Of a DNA stretch of 64,000 nt, positions 48,839 to 61,190 are shown piece by piece. A model generated the notes under the pieces. It saw only the letters and a program-made list of their open reading frames with translations. It did not search any database and was not told the DNA's origin. A program made the translations under genes and the position numbers. Numbering within the stretch: the first letter of the stretch is position 1; the number at the start of each line of letters is the position of its first letter. Location of the stretch: assembly GCA_973895155.1 (NCBI GenBank), contig OZ316898.1:436751-500750 (forward strand), given 5' to 3'. Origin of the DNA: Marsupella aquatica (lineage: Eukaryota; Plantae; Marchantiophyta).

Positions 48839-50950
48839 ATTGTAAATTGCGCTCTCCATTAGCCAGTTAGACAAGCATAGCCCACTCCTAGTGGATCTCA
48901 GTGTGTCAAGTGAGGTTATTAGAGTTCAAATTTCTACAGCAAACCAACTTTGGCACAAACCCCATCCCAAAGGTTCACCCAAGCCCTTTACATACAAACT
49001 ATTCCCAGTCGGAAAGAATGGAGGTCTGGCTATTATCACCTAACCTAAATGGAAACCCCGGGGAGGGCAGAATTGTAGAGTGGGACCCAGGGGTTTATAA
49101 TAAATGAGTCCATCTACCTTACTGTAAAAAGTTAGCTCTCGAGGCAAAGGGGGAGTAAAAATAGGAGGACCACAGCTTCCATTCTACGTCATGGAGTAGC
49201 GAAACTCTCGCATGCAAAGCAAAGCACAGTTGGCCGTCTGTCTCGTTTGCTGTCCAGAAAGCCAGGCACCGCAGAGAATTCTGTCCAGAAAACGAGGCAC
49301 CTCAAGGATCCATGGAATCTGGGAGGGAAACTGGAGAGCCCCTGATGCGAGACGTACCGTACCTGCGCACAAAATGACGAACGGAAGAGAGAGCCGACTC
49401 CCCATTGCTCGCCGATTCGACTAGCGCAGCTCGCAAGGGCTCCTGAGTCCCATCCCAGCGTTGCCAGCCAGCTACTGTAGCCAGCCGATAGAGGAGGCAG
49501 CTGCCGAAATCTCTACCAAGTAGTCTCTCTTGTTCCTCTCCCCGCCATCGCTCCCTGCGAGCGAGCGAGCTACACCTACTATCCCCCGTCGTACCGTCGG
49601 GAATTGCGCTTTGGCCCATCCGCCCAGAGATAGACAGAAAGACACCTCTTGAGGCGGCGTACGGTCCTAGCCGAAGAAATGGGACCAACCCGGAGATAGC
49701 CAATGCAGGAAGAGCAGCAGCTGATAAAAGGAGGAGCAAGGAAGTGAACGGCTCCTGCAGTCCTCCTTTCCTACCTGCTGCTGCTGTTGTGGCAGAGGCT
49801 ACTCTCTACTCCTCACCTCACGAGCCACGGAGAATTGCGATTGACGGGGTGGAAGGGACGGATCACATCTTCTGACCCCCTTGTCGTACAGGTGTTGGAA
49901 GTGGATCGTGAGCAGCGGACGCCTTTGACGACGCTTCTGCGTACATGTCCTTGAAATTTATCTCTCGTGGACGCGTCGAAAGGGTGAGCAATCAAGCGTA
50001 TGAGTCAGCCAGCAAGCGCGAGCAAGCGGGCGGTGCATGTATAGAGTTGGCGAACGGAGTTTCGTTGGTGAGGCAGAGGAAGAGGAGGTCCTCCATTTTG
50101 CAGTAAAAGCAGAGAAGTTGGTTGTGTTGTTTGTCACCCTTGTAATTTTCAGGGCAGGAAAGCGAGGAGTTGTCCTAGGGCACGGTAATCACGGAAGGTC
50201 GTGATTGGCATTGAGTGGAGATACGGATTGATTGATTGACAACTAAGTGCGAGGGCGGACGGGCTTTATTATTCGAGAGCGGCACACAATACCTTCTGAA
50301 GAGCGTTTCGCGAAGAATAGTGCACTGCTGCTGCTGTAACATGTGCGTATGGGACATGCTGCAGGTGAGATGAAGCAGATGTTTCAATCGAGTAATAAAT
50401 AAATGAATGATCGAATAAATTCGGTTGTTGTTAGTACCACCGTTTTCAATTAACCCTTGACGACGATAATTTGGTGTGTGAATGCTGTGACCGCAGTCTG
50501 TCGCCCGGTCGGAATGGGCGGTGTAGTCTTTGAAAGCACCTTAATAACAGGGAGGTCGTTACCGTGGTCCAGGTGTAGCAGAGCCGAAGAAGCAGCAGCA
50601 GCATCAGCTTGTTGCCCTGTGCAAAGCAGGCACATATAGGGATAGCCTCGGACACGTGGATGCGTCCTCCTGGCAGAAACGAATTCCTCGAGTATCAGGA
50701 GGGGGGTGGGAAGGTGCGGTTGTTGTTGCTACTCCGGAATGCTTCACGACGAGGTACTAGAGGAGCAGTCGTGGCACGAACGAAACGAGGCAAAGGTTTT
50801 GGGTTTGGGGTGATGGGTCGCACCTTCATTGGTAGATGCTGAATTGTGCACCCAAATATCTCTCAAGAAAGTGCAGTTTCTCGTTGCACCGACATTTTCT
50901 TCTGGAATTGTTGGCCTTCGAGCGGCTCTCTCATCGGCTACAGTTATTTG

Positions 50951-53656
50951 ATGGGGAAGAAGACTGGGTATCTGCCTGAAACCCAAATCTACTTGGGAAC
51001 CACGAACGTGAACGAGGCACGGAAGCTTTGGCGATATCGGCTGTGTGGACTCTGCGTTCTGTTCAGTGTCGACATTTTGTGCGCCACGGCTTTATTCGTT
51101 TGTGTGTTCACTTGGAACTCGGGATTCGGGTCCCTCAGCGGTTTCTGGGAGAGTCTGTTTCGTTTCACCACCGATTCTTTGGACTTGCTAGTGTTCAGCG
51201 TACTTAGAATCTTAGGTCTCTCCGGGCTGGTCTACTATGGTGCCGTGCTCGCAGCGAAGGAAGCAGAGATTAATGAGAAGAACAAGGAAGGTAAGGATAA
51301 GGGACCAGCCTTCACTCCGAGTTTAGTTGGCCGCTCGGCAGCGGCTGCGGACAGTAAAGCTCATGTCAATGGGGGCCTCAGAGAACCCCTCTTGGTTAAA
51401 AGGGATAGCGCAATTTCCACCAACTCGAAGGTTCCGGGCGCTCCGGGGCCTGCAGGATTCGAGGAATGGTTTTCAGGCTCGTCGAAGAAGGATCTTGTGC
51501 TGTTCTTCGTGTTTTTATTGTGCACAGGTTTTCAGGCATATGTCGGTGCCAAATGTATCGGTTTTTATTTCGATACATCGCACCAGATTTTTGGAATCAG
51601 TGGTGAGGTTTGGCAGGGTGTGTTGATGGGTTCACAGGTTACTTGGATTTTGTTCGAAAGCAGGTATGCGCATCAAGTTGTTGATGCTTCCCGAATTTTT
51701 TCTAGGGCTATATATTTAGACGCTAGAAAGAGGTCCCGAATTGGGAATCCGTGCGCGCCTGTGGTTGCCCCCGGCCTGGCTGAGCAGGAAGGAACTCTGA
51801 GAGGGGACAAGGGATTGAAAGAGGAGACAGAGGTCGACCAGAACAAATTTCTCTTGCGAGCCATTTCGTTGGCTCGGCAAGAGATTGGCCTCATCCTCGG
51901 TGCTTTTGTTTGCCTGGGAGTATCCTCTGCATCAGGTCTTCTTCTCCCGAGATTCCAGGGGAGGATCTTGGATCACGCCATCAACAGTGACAGGGAAGAG
52001 TTCAAGGCGGATCTCAAGCTGCTCATCGTCTTCACAATTGTCACTGGGTTCTTTGAGGCTACGCGCAATTTGTGCTTCACGGTGGTGGGTAAAAGGGTGC
52101 TCAAAACTCTCCAGGATCGCCTCTTCATGGGCGTTGTGCGTCAGGATATTGCCTACTTCGATGGCACCACGTCTGGGGAGCTCACATCCCGGTTGACGAA
52201 TGATGTCTCCTCTATGGCTGAACCCATTAATTGGATGCTCTCGTCCATTTTCCGCAACTTGATTGCTTTGGTTGGAGCCTTCGTCCTCTGTTTCTCCATC
52301 AATTGGAAGCTTAGCATGCTGGCTTTCACAACCATGGCCCCCATTATGCACATCACTGCAGTCTACTCTCGCTGGTCGAGAGAGCTCAATCGGAAACGCT
52401 ACGCTCTACTGGCAGAGGCTAACTCGGCAGCATCGGAAGCGCTGGGCAATGTGCGCACGGTGAGAGCATTCTCCACTGAAGACGTGGAGATTGATCGCTT
52501 CAAATCGAAGACGTTGGCGGCAATGCAGAAAGGAGTGAGGGACGCGTTCGCTTACGCAGGAGCTGTAGCTGTCAACGACTGGCTAGACTTAGGTGCCTCT
52601 GTTCTAATCCTCTGGTATGGAGGAACCTTGGTGATGCAGAACAGGATGTCAGCTGGCAAATTGATCACGTTTGAACTCTACTGGAATCAGATACAGTCTG
52701 CGTATCAGAGCATCATGTCGGTGCTCATGTCTCTAACTCGTGCTGCAGGGGCAGCGCAGCGAGTGCTTTCACTAGTAGATGCCCTGCCTGACATTGACCC
52801 TAATGCAGGGACTCCAGTCTCGAGCTTGGAAGGGGAAATTAGACTCGAGGATGTCCATTTCCACTACCAGATGAGGCCACAGCATCCTGTGCTTACCGGT
52901 GTATCTCTTCATGTTGGCCAAGGTCAAGTTTGTGCTCTTGTTGGTCGCAGTGGAGGTGGAAAGTCGACTATCGTGCACCTCCTTATGAGGTTTTATGACC
53001 CAGCCCAAGGGAGAATTTTGTTGGACGGGTGGGATTTGCGGCATTTGAACTTGAAGTCTGTGCATAAGCATATGGGACTCGTGGCCCAAGATACCCAGAT
53101 GTTTGCTTGCTCCATAGAGGAGAACATCACCTATGGTTTGACAAAGTACCGCGTTGAGGACATTGAGGAGGCTGCTAGATATGCGCATGCTCATGACTTT
53201 ATTATGAGGTTTCCTGATGGGTATGCTACTCGTGTTGGGGAGCGAGGGGTGCGCCTGTCGGGCGGGCAGCGGCAACGAATTGCCATTGCCAGAATGTTGC
53301 TCCGTCGACCCAAAATTTTACTCCTGGACGAGGCTACTAGTTCGCTGGACACGGAGAGCGAAGCATTGGTGCAGCAAGCTTTGGACAGATTGATTTCCGA
53401 AGGCGGGAGAACCGTTGTCCTTGTTGCGCACCGACTGTCTACTGTGCGAAATGCGGACATGATTGCCGTGATGGAAAAGGGCTCGGTCGTAGAGCAAGGA
53501 CAGCACGACGAGCTGCTTGAGCGCAATGGAGTTTATCAAAAGCTAGTGCGAAGGCAGTTGAACAAGGTACAAGAAACCATAGATTCTGATGAGGATTCTG
53601 AAGAGAAAGTAGACGTCGACGAGAAATCATTAGCTTCAGATGAAGACCTTTCCTGA
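50951..53656 (+). CDS. ABC subfamily B half-transporter (TAP/TAPL-like) with an extra N-terminal membrane region; single exon, 901 aa from the first ATG
   Basis: TMD motifs RQDIAYFD..TSGELTSRL and EALGNVRTVRAF. Walker A GRSGGGKST, Q-loop VAQD, signature LSGGQRQR, Walker B ILLLDEATS, H-loop AHRL. The listed ORF starts at GTG 50846; the first in-frame ATG is 50951. Confidence 0.95.
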   Translation: MGKKTGYLPETQIYLGTTNVNEARKLWRYRLCGLCVLFSVDILCATALFVCVFTWNSGFGSLSGFWESLFRFTTDSLDLLVFSVLRILGLSGLVYYGAVLAAKEAEINEKNKEGKDKGPAFTPSLVGRSAAAADSKAHVNGGLREPLLVKRDSAISTNSKVPGAPGPAGFEEWFSGSSKKDLVLFFVFLLCTGFQAYVGAKCIGFYFDTSHQIFGISGEVWQGVLMGSQVTWILFESRYAHQVVDASRIFSRAIYLDARKRSRIGNPCAPVVAPGLAEQEGTLRGDKGLKEETEVDQNKFLLRAISLARQEIGLILGAFVCLGVSSASGLLLPRFQGRILDHAINSDREEFKADLKLLIVFTIVTGFFEATRNLCFTVVGKRVLKTLQDRLFMGVVRQDIAYFDGTTSGELTSRLTNDVSSMAEPINWMLSSIFRNLIALVGAFVLCFSINWKLSMLAFTTMAPIMHITAVYSRWSRELNRKRYALLAEANSAASEALGNVRTVRAFSTEDVEIDRFKSKTLAAMQKGVRDAFAYAGAVAVNDWLDLGASVLILWYGGTLVMQNRMSAGKLITFELYWNQIQSAYQSIMSVLMSLTRAAGAAQRVLSLVDALPDIDPNAGTPVSSLEGEIRLEDVHFHYQMRPQHPVLTGVSLHVGQGQVCALVGRSGGGKSTIVHLLMRFYDPAQGRILLDGWDLRHLNLKSVHKHMGLVAQDTQMFACSIEENITYGLTKYRVEDIEEAARYAHAHDFIMRFPDGYATRVGERGVRLSGGQRQRIAIARMLLRRPKILLLDEATSSLDTESEALVQQALDRLISEGGRTVVLVAHRLSTVRNADMIAVMEKGSVVEQGQHDELLERNGVYQKLVRRQLNKVQETIDSDEDSEEKVDVDEKSLASDEDLS

Positions 53657-56349
53657 CAAGGTTTTTCTATTAAAGCTGAGGTCCATTTCGCGCATTGTCG
53701 CCCGATTTTCTTCTTTTAGTGGGGTGGCATTTTTTTGAAATCTCAGTAGCTAGATGTTCTCACGTACGCATCCACGAATTTTTCGTAAATGTGAGAAAGC
53801 GGGAAGTAGAGGTCCACTGACCATGATCACCATAATTGAGAACAGACACGCATCCGATCAGTAAAGGCGCCCCTCCTCTTACACGTCACGACAATCCCAG
53901 ATTGGCTGTTATTGGCAACTCAAATTCTTTCTTCAAGTCTGATCCAATACATGCCAGGTTTTGTCCTGCTCCTGGGATAGCAGAGGCAAGGCGATTCGTC
54001 GCATGCCAGCTTATGTTTTGAGTGGAAGCTGGAGTTGTTGGCTGAGCTAGGATCTAGTTTTGACATTCCGGTGTGAACCGGTATATGAACAGCGGTCCTG
54101 ATATCACCGTAGTCATATGTTACCCTTAGCTGTATGTGGTGACTTTACAGTTAGCGTGCGAGGAAGGCCTAAAATACGAAGCATATGTGAAATATGGAGG
54201 GTGTTTGTTATGTCCTGATCCTGCCACTGAGATTGCTTTTTGTCGTGACGGACAGTTATATATGATTCAATGACAAGTTCTCAATACTGCTCTTCAAGAC
54301 ACCGGCCATGAGCTTAATCGAGAACCAATCTTGTGTTTGTGACAACTTGAAAGGATTTTGGGACCTGTCATTAGATATCATTGATGGCATGATCGAAGGT
54401 CTGCACCAGGAAATATAGCTGGCGCAGACCCGACATGGTCGAGAGGCCGAGGAAAACCAAAGCACCTAGATGGAGGCCAGGTTTGTGCCGAGCCAACAGG
54501 GTTGTATCGGAGATTTGTTTCCTCGCGGTTTCCTACTGTGAGTGTTGGTTCACTCTGTTCTTTCTTGTTTCTTGGGACGCATATCCTTTTGTATGAACAT
54601 CTCAAGACATCCAGCGCCTTGTCGTAAACGATTGCATAGAACGATAAGTAGCCCAACCAACTGAGTCAGCCGCGCCTATTGCTCCACGCTGATCCTGGAC
54701 ATGGAGGTAAGGTAGCGTTACGATAGGGACCTTTGGTATGATTTGGCGGCGGAAGACTTCACAGAAGCTGGCACTATTCATCCAAATTTTGCGCGCATAT
54801 ATGGCTTTCGCAAAACTTCGTGTGCCCCTAACGTCGTGGCATTCCTGCTTGCATCTCTGAGCTTCCAACACCCGTTCAGCTTGCAGAGCAAGCTCGTTAT
54901 GCTTGTCATCTGTTTGTGAGCCGTAAGTGGGAGTATGCTGCACTGCCTTAGCTGCCAACAATAACCTAACCTGCCAAAGGAGAGTTGTTGCCACTTTTGT
55001 GATGTATGTTTCTACCTTGCTAATGTTGTCTTGAGTGACGGAGAAACGTCAACCTATTTGGTAATGTCTCGCGGAGGTCGATACCTGGATTTATTGAACA
55101 TCAGAAAGAGAATCGTCTGGAAATATTCATCTGTGGATAATCTTCTTGGAGACTTTTAGTAGCGAGCACCATGGGAGCCACCTGCTTTTATGTACTGGAT
55201 TCGGATCTGTAGCCAATTGAGAGCATACGTGCTGTCACGTGGCTGATGACGATAAAACCCAGTCTGCATACTGCCTGTGTGACGATCTGCTGGAATTGAA
55301 TCTGGTGGTGGCAGTTGCATGAGGACATCTACATCTACCTTCCTAACTGTACCCAGTAGCACCTTTACGGCTGTACAACGTGGTCGAGGACGATGGTACT
55401 CTCTTCCTTTCGTGAAATGCTTTGTTGGCGATCGGCTTGAAATCTGCAGGAGGTCTCATTGCCCCGTGAAGTTCCTCAGCCTTTTAGGTCCCGTAAAAGT
55501 CTGAGTTGAGGCCCATTTGATGTAGTCTTCAATGTGTCTCGGTTCGTTATCCGTTGTGGTTTCATAGCCTGACCGAAGCGGCCATCGTTACCTTTGAAGC
55601 GCACGACCTTGTGCGAGATATTTCAATTATGTAGTTGGGCCATCACTATCTATGAAGAGCAAGAGCCAGATCTCACTTATTTGGTTGGCGACCTTTAGTA
55701 TCAGCTTAAAACCGACTTTTTGCTCGTGGTTCGTTTTTACAGACTAGGGGAATGTTGTTTTGTCCGTTTTGATACACGGCTCCCAACTAGCCACAGATCT
55801 TGATATAGACACAACTAGCGCGAAGGAAGAAATCATGGGTTTCCTACAAAATCATTGGTTTCTCCAAAGACTGGATCACCATCTTAAAAGTTCGATTCGT
55901 CATGATGTAATTCTTTCCATTTGGAGTACTATAGTTGTCTTCCAAGCAGACTTACAATGAAGGTGTCAGACCCCAAACGTTCAAGCTAAAGCTAGCAAAA
56001 GAGACAGATTGATGGGCATGCTTTTAATAAGAAAACTATGGAGGTTTATAGAACTGGCTCCATGTTGTAGAAGATTGGGCTCTACCAGACGTCAAGGGTT
56101 ACTAGAGTCTCGCAATGGAAATGGCAGCATGTAAACTCACTCATTACAATGACCAAACCTCGCTCGAAATTGTTTCAAACATCAACACAGATTCCAAATT
56201 GTCACCTAACTGGCTCTTCTTCAGAGAACCTTGAATGAGGAGCCCACCACATCTGTCAAACATTACTAGAGGATGACATATCTCCAACAATTAACATCTC
56301 TCTCATGCATGCTCCCTAAGGAACTGAATTGAACAGAGTACATGGTCAC

Positions 56350-56990
56350 AATTGACTCAAAAATAGAGGCGCGGGCCCCAACTTGAATGAAAAGAATCTA
56401 TGCCATTGAACGCTTTTAAAAGGCCAGCCATCGAAGCATGTCTTTCATACAAACAGCTAAAAATAAGAGATCTCCAATGAACTGATTGTTGATGAGCTTT
56501 CCACAGAATTGTCAATCTTGAATTCCATCCCACAGCGCATCCAGTGTGAAAATTTATTGAGATCACCTTACAACTGTCCAAACGATGAGTTCAAGCACAG
56601 CCGAGACAAGAATATATACTCTGTACACAATTGCTCGTGGACAGTTGCTGCCCTTGCTCATGCATAACTCAAGAGCTCAAGTGTTGAACGAGGTCTATAA
56701 TTAGTCGTTAATGTTCTTAACAAAGTAAAACAGTGGGTGAAAGTGACTATTTTGTCCTCCCACAACTTCATGGACAGTTGCGGTTGAAGGGCCAGAGGCC
56801 TCGCCAGTGCCGCCTTGAGACCAGCAGTGGAATATAGAGAACGTGATGAATAGAAGGCAAAGGGTAGTGGCAATCCAACTAGTTACATTTGGTTGAGATA
56901 GAATCGTCATTGACATCAACGACGAGAAAAAAGAATTGCAATTGTAAAAATAAAACGAAGGAATCCATCACATGCGCCAACTGAGCTCTA
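56350..56990 (-). pseudogene. Possible highly decayed hAT-type transposase fragment
   Basis: Minus-strand pieces GGTGE, LWEDKIV and SIYSCLGCA*THRLD occur in hAT order (TGE...CxAHxL), but across different frames. Confidence 0.3.
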
Positions 56991-58474
56991 CACTGGACGA
57001 TTAAGACCAACATGGCGCTGATTGCGGTTTAGTCCTTCAAATATGCTGTGAGTGAAATCCTATCTGAAGAGCTGACTGAAACGAAATGTAGGAATTTTGA
57101 ACTTGTTGGACAGCTTTCAACACGCAAACAGATCCAGCAAGACACCAAAGAGATGGCGAGAAACTCTTAAGGGGAACAACAAACCTGAACTGTCCTCACC
57201 GGGTTTGAGAGTGCCAGTGAAAGTGAAGAGGGCAATGACACCCCCTTCCTGCCTACCTTGCTCCCATGTCTGTAACCTATGCATCTACCAAATCACCGTC
57301 AGTAAACCAACTACTGCAAGACTCGCTCCCCATATCTTACCTCATTCTCCTTCCTTGCACTCACAATCCAGTTCTCTTTCTCTTGGTGTTCGCAAAACGA
57401 TACAAGCAAGCCTTGCACTTGTGCTCTCGTCGTCGTCGAAGAAGAAGAAGTAGCCTTCACCCTAGTCTAGTCCACTTGAACCAACTGATCCAGAACAAAC
57501 AGACGAACAAAATATTCATCTTGGTGTTGGTTGCCTTGCTCGCCTTGTCTCTAAACTAGATGATTAGCTATTAAAATTCATCAAAACTAGATGATTAGCT
57601 ATTAAAATTCATCAAACAGTATTCGACATTCAATACTAATCAGCAAGCCAGGGGTTGAATATTGGCTAAAAATTCCATAAATTCGTTAAAAATATATATT
57701 AGGATGACAAAAAATAGGAATACAGTTCTACTCTCGTTGGGTAGTCTCTGTGTGGTCGGGTGTGGGCATTTTGACACTCCTAGATCAGTTTGCGGCACTT
57801 GTATTGAGAAAATTTACCTAGTCAAACCCCAAATGAAGTCCCACTACTCAACAAGACCCCCAACGTCAAAAGTCTCGTAGTGAGACCTTGTCTTGGCACC
57901 CTATGACCCATGCTGTTCTTTGAAACCAATTTATCTCCGAGAAGGACAGAGCAAGTGAGGGCAGGTTTAGCGAGATGAGTCATCGCGGACGGCATTCTAC
58001 TGCAGCACTATTATCTGTCTTCTGCGCTCCCCTCCCTACTGTCGTTCTCCCGTGCTCTCTCCTAGTTCCCAAGCCCCTCACTGAAACGAGCTCCAACGCA
58101 AAACAAGTCTCAAGCTGTGTGCACGACTGTCAGTTCCATATGATTTCCAAGCCTGAGTCACCCAACAAGCTTTTGCTTAGGTACATGCAAAGTCGTCAAT
58201 TGCGCCCTCCCCCGCAGCAAGACTTGGCCTTGTTACAAAACCCGGCAGGGCAGCTAATGTCACCCCGTAAACTTGCGAGCCGCCCTCACCAAAGGGAAGG
58301 TCTCTTCAAACATGTACAACTTGAGAATTAGGTCCTATGGCTTCCAACTTCAGGGATATTGTTGAGTAGTTGAACTCCAGCTCGGGTCCCCCCACGTAAA
58401 TTTCTTCTCCTATTAATCTAGTCAACAAGTTCAATCCTCGTCCATTGCACAAGAGATAATGCACAAGAGATGTT

Positions 58475-58640
58475 GTTCTGTAAACATGTAGTTGGATAAA
58501 GATGTACTTAAGTAAAAGATGCAGTTGCGCAAAAATACAATGAGGTCAAATATGTGGTTGCATTAAAGATGTCATTAAGTAAAAGATATGGTTGCGCAAA
58601 TATGTGGTTATTCAAAAGATGTCATTAAGTAAAACATGTC
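58475..58640. repeat. Degenerate ~20-bp tandem array
   Basis: Units such as aaagatgtagttg / aaagatgtcattaagt. Confidence 0.6.
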
Positions 58641-60469
58641 TGTGATGCCGACTGGGCGTTCCTTATACGGTTATATGGGCTTCTCCATATGCCGCACGCC
58701 ATCACCCACTTAGTAAAGATCTCGACAAAATCAGGATATTCATTCGGCTATATTGTGTCATACTGTATCTTGCTTCGCAGTATTCGGATCTCGTTTTGTT
58801 GTAAAAATGACGCCACACCTTCTCCCATGAGCATAGTTATGAGGTAGGCAAGGGGCAACCCTCCTACTTCCGGCAAGTTAATAAACATGTCACACAACCA
58901 CTGATTGGAAATGGTATATGTTTTCCCCCCGGTATGTGACCAACATAGCCTCTGGTGACATTGTTACCTTGAAACTTGTGAGAAGATTCTGCCTGCTCGG
59001 GTAGTGGACAGGTAACAATCCATACAAATCATCTTGTAAACTTGTACTCTATCAAGGATTGCTCGACTCTTCTCGATGCGATCTACCTCAGCTGCGGAAT
59101 TGTGCAGTTTCTCCTCGGATGTAAGGGTTCCCTTCTTGTTTCTTGTCAGGAGAACCTCAGCTCACTGTTGACTGGATGAAGTCATGCTCCTGATGGATCT
59201 TGCGTTCAAACGTGAATGTTGAGGGCTTCGATGCTCGCGCTGCTGCCTTCTGATTACTGAGAGCTTTTGATAAGGAAACAAAAAGCAATCGATGAATGTG
59301 CGAATGAGCAATGAACTGTAACTCGGACTCTTCCCTTTCCTTATGCGTGTTGTATCTTCCCTTGGCGGAACTGAAAGGGTGCAAGTTTGTAAGGTTTGGA
59401 TAGTTTCTCCCTTCGTTGTAGTGTGAGGGCATCATAGTCAAAAGGTCATATAATGATGATCCCTTTTTACGCTACTGTCCTTAGACGACTACTTACGATC
59501 AGGTGTATGCTCGTTACTAGGGGGCACCGTACTAATGCAGGTGTCACGTAGATTCGTGTAAGGTCCAAAAGATGACTGTACCCTAAGCCCTCATTATGGT
59601 TGTTTTAACCATTTTTAAGATCATAATTCTCTTTTTACTGCAAGCAACAAAAATTAGGGGTCACACCGTTCATGTAATGATTTTCATGTGTTCTGATTCT
59701 TGGGGCAACCACATCCCACTTGCAATTTGTAGAAAGTGAAAGATTGGGCAAGTAAGGTCTGGCCTGACTGGGATTACTAAGTTTCAGGGGTATCATTAAG
59801 GACCTCTTACAATTGATATTGTGACTGAAAGCTATGGACTTACTGTCCATTATGTACCTTTGGGTATGGGATCCAATTGAAGATTTTAAAAGGTTGGAGG
59901 GCGGGGGGGCGGGAGGGATGGAGAATTGGTCCGTCCTACGAGGAAGGGGTTATGCCCTCCTCACCTCAATCTCATAGTGTATATATATATTTTTCTTCAT
60001 TCTTGGTCAGCCACCCAAATGCAACAGCCATCACCACCTCAAGCCTGAAGCCAAGTGCCTTCAATTGAAACTTTCAGTACTATGGGAAAGTTGTTACGGA
60101 CCCCCATGGGAAGCTCCTTCCAAAATCTCTAGTGGCACGTTGAGCCACATCATCAAGTTCAGTCACAAACAGGAATAATGATCTTCTCTACAAGAAACAA
60201 ACAAAACTATTCGTGTTTGATGCAAGGCAAGAAAAACAGTTATACTCAGTAATAGTAAAAAGATCAAAACTTGGAAAAGTAATTTTTAGAACAACAAACA
60301 ATTGGGTAAAATATAGTTACCATTTTATGTATTTTCAATGATATACAGTGTTTCACACTAAAATGCCTATATTTAAAAAAAAATTGCAAGTTTTTGAAAA
60401 AACCAACCAAGAAAAATATAAATAGTTAGGACCTCTGGGGTTTCACAGTGTAAAGCAAAGTAAATAATC

Positions 60470-61190
60470 AATCTTCTTAGTACTTGACAAAATTTGTCAA
60501 TGGTAGATTGATTAGAAAGCTACTAAGAGAAATTTAGAAACTCATCAAGTGCTACTTGATAATATCTCCCAATGCAATGTCACACTCACTAAAGTCTAGA
60601 GAAATTAGAAACTTACTATCTCCTTAGTACTCGACAAAATCTATCAATGTTAAGTTTGTTGGAAAGCTAGAATTTCAAAAACTCATAATCTCCTTGGTAC
60701 TTGACAAAATCTATCAATACTAGGTTCATTGGAAAGCTAGAGAAATTTAGAAACTCATGATCTCTTTAGTACTTAACAAAAACTTTCAATGTCACACTTT
60801 AGAAAACTAGAGAGACTCATGAAATCCCTAGCATGTACTTGACAAAACTCTCAATGCCACACTTTAGAAAACTAGAGAGATTCATGACATCCTTCGTACC
60901 TACTTGACAAAATCTGACATAAAATCTGTCAATGTCTGACTCAAAGTTGAAAAACTAGAAGAATTCATGAACTCATGATCTTTGTAGAACTTGACAAAAT
61001 CTCTATAGGTCACACTCATGGGAAAGGTAGACAATTTCAGAAACTCATTTGGTACTTGACAAAATCTGCCAATGTGAGACTTAGTGAAAACCTAGAAAAA
61101 TTGATAAACTCATGATCTCCTTGGTACTTGACTCAAGCTACCAATGTGATGCTCATTGAAAACCAAGAAGGATTCAGTTAATCATGATCT
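60470..61190. repeat. Degenerate ~70-bp tandem array, about 10 copies, upstream of PP2A
   Basis: tacttgacaaaatc...tcaatg...aaaRctaga...aactcatgatctc recurs at about 60481, 60553, 60627, 60698, 60769, 60836, 60901, 60988, 61053 and 61124. Confidence 0.88.

Noticed and set aside
51327-53630. Many short ORFs overlapping ABCB (and likewise SEC62)
   Set aside because: Shadow frames of genuine coding sequence.
54378-55500. Minus-strand coding-like fragments downstream of ABCB
   Set aside because: Broken by stops and frameshifts, with no recognisable family motif.
58641-59436. Possible ~800-bp solo LTR (tgtgatgcc...ggcatcata)
   Set aside because: The inverted ends match 8/9, but there is no clean TSD and no second copy in the window.
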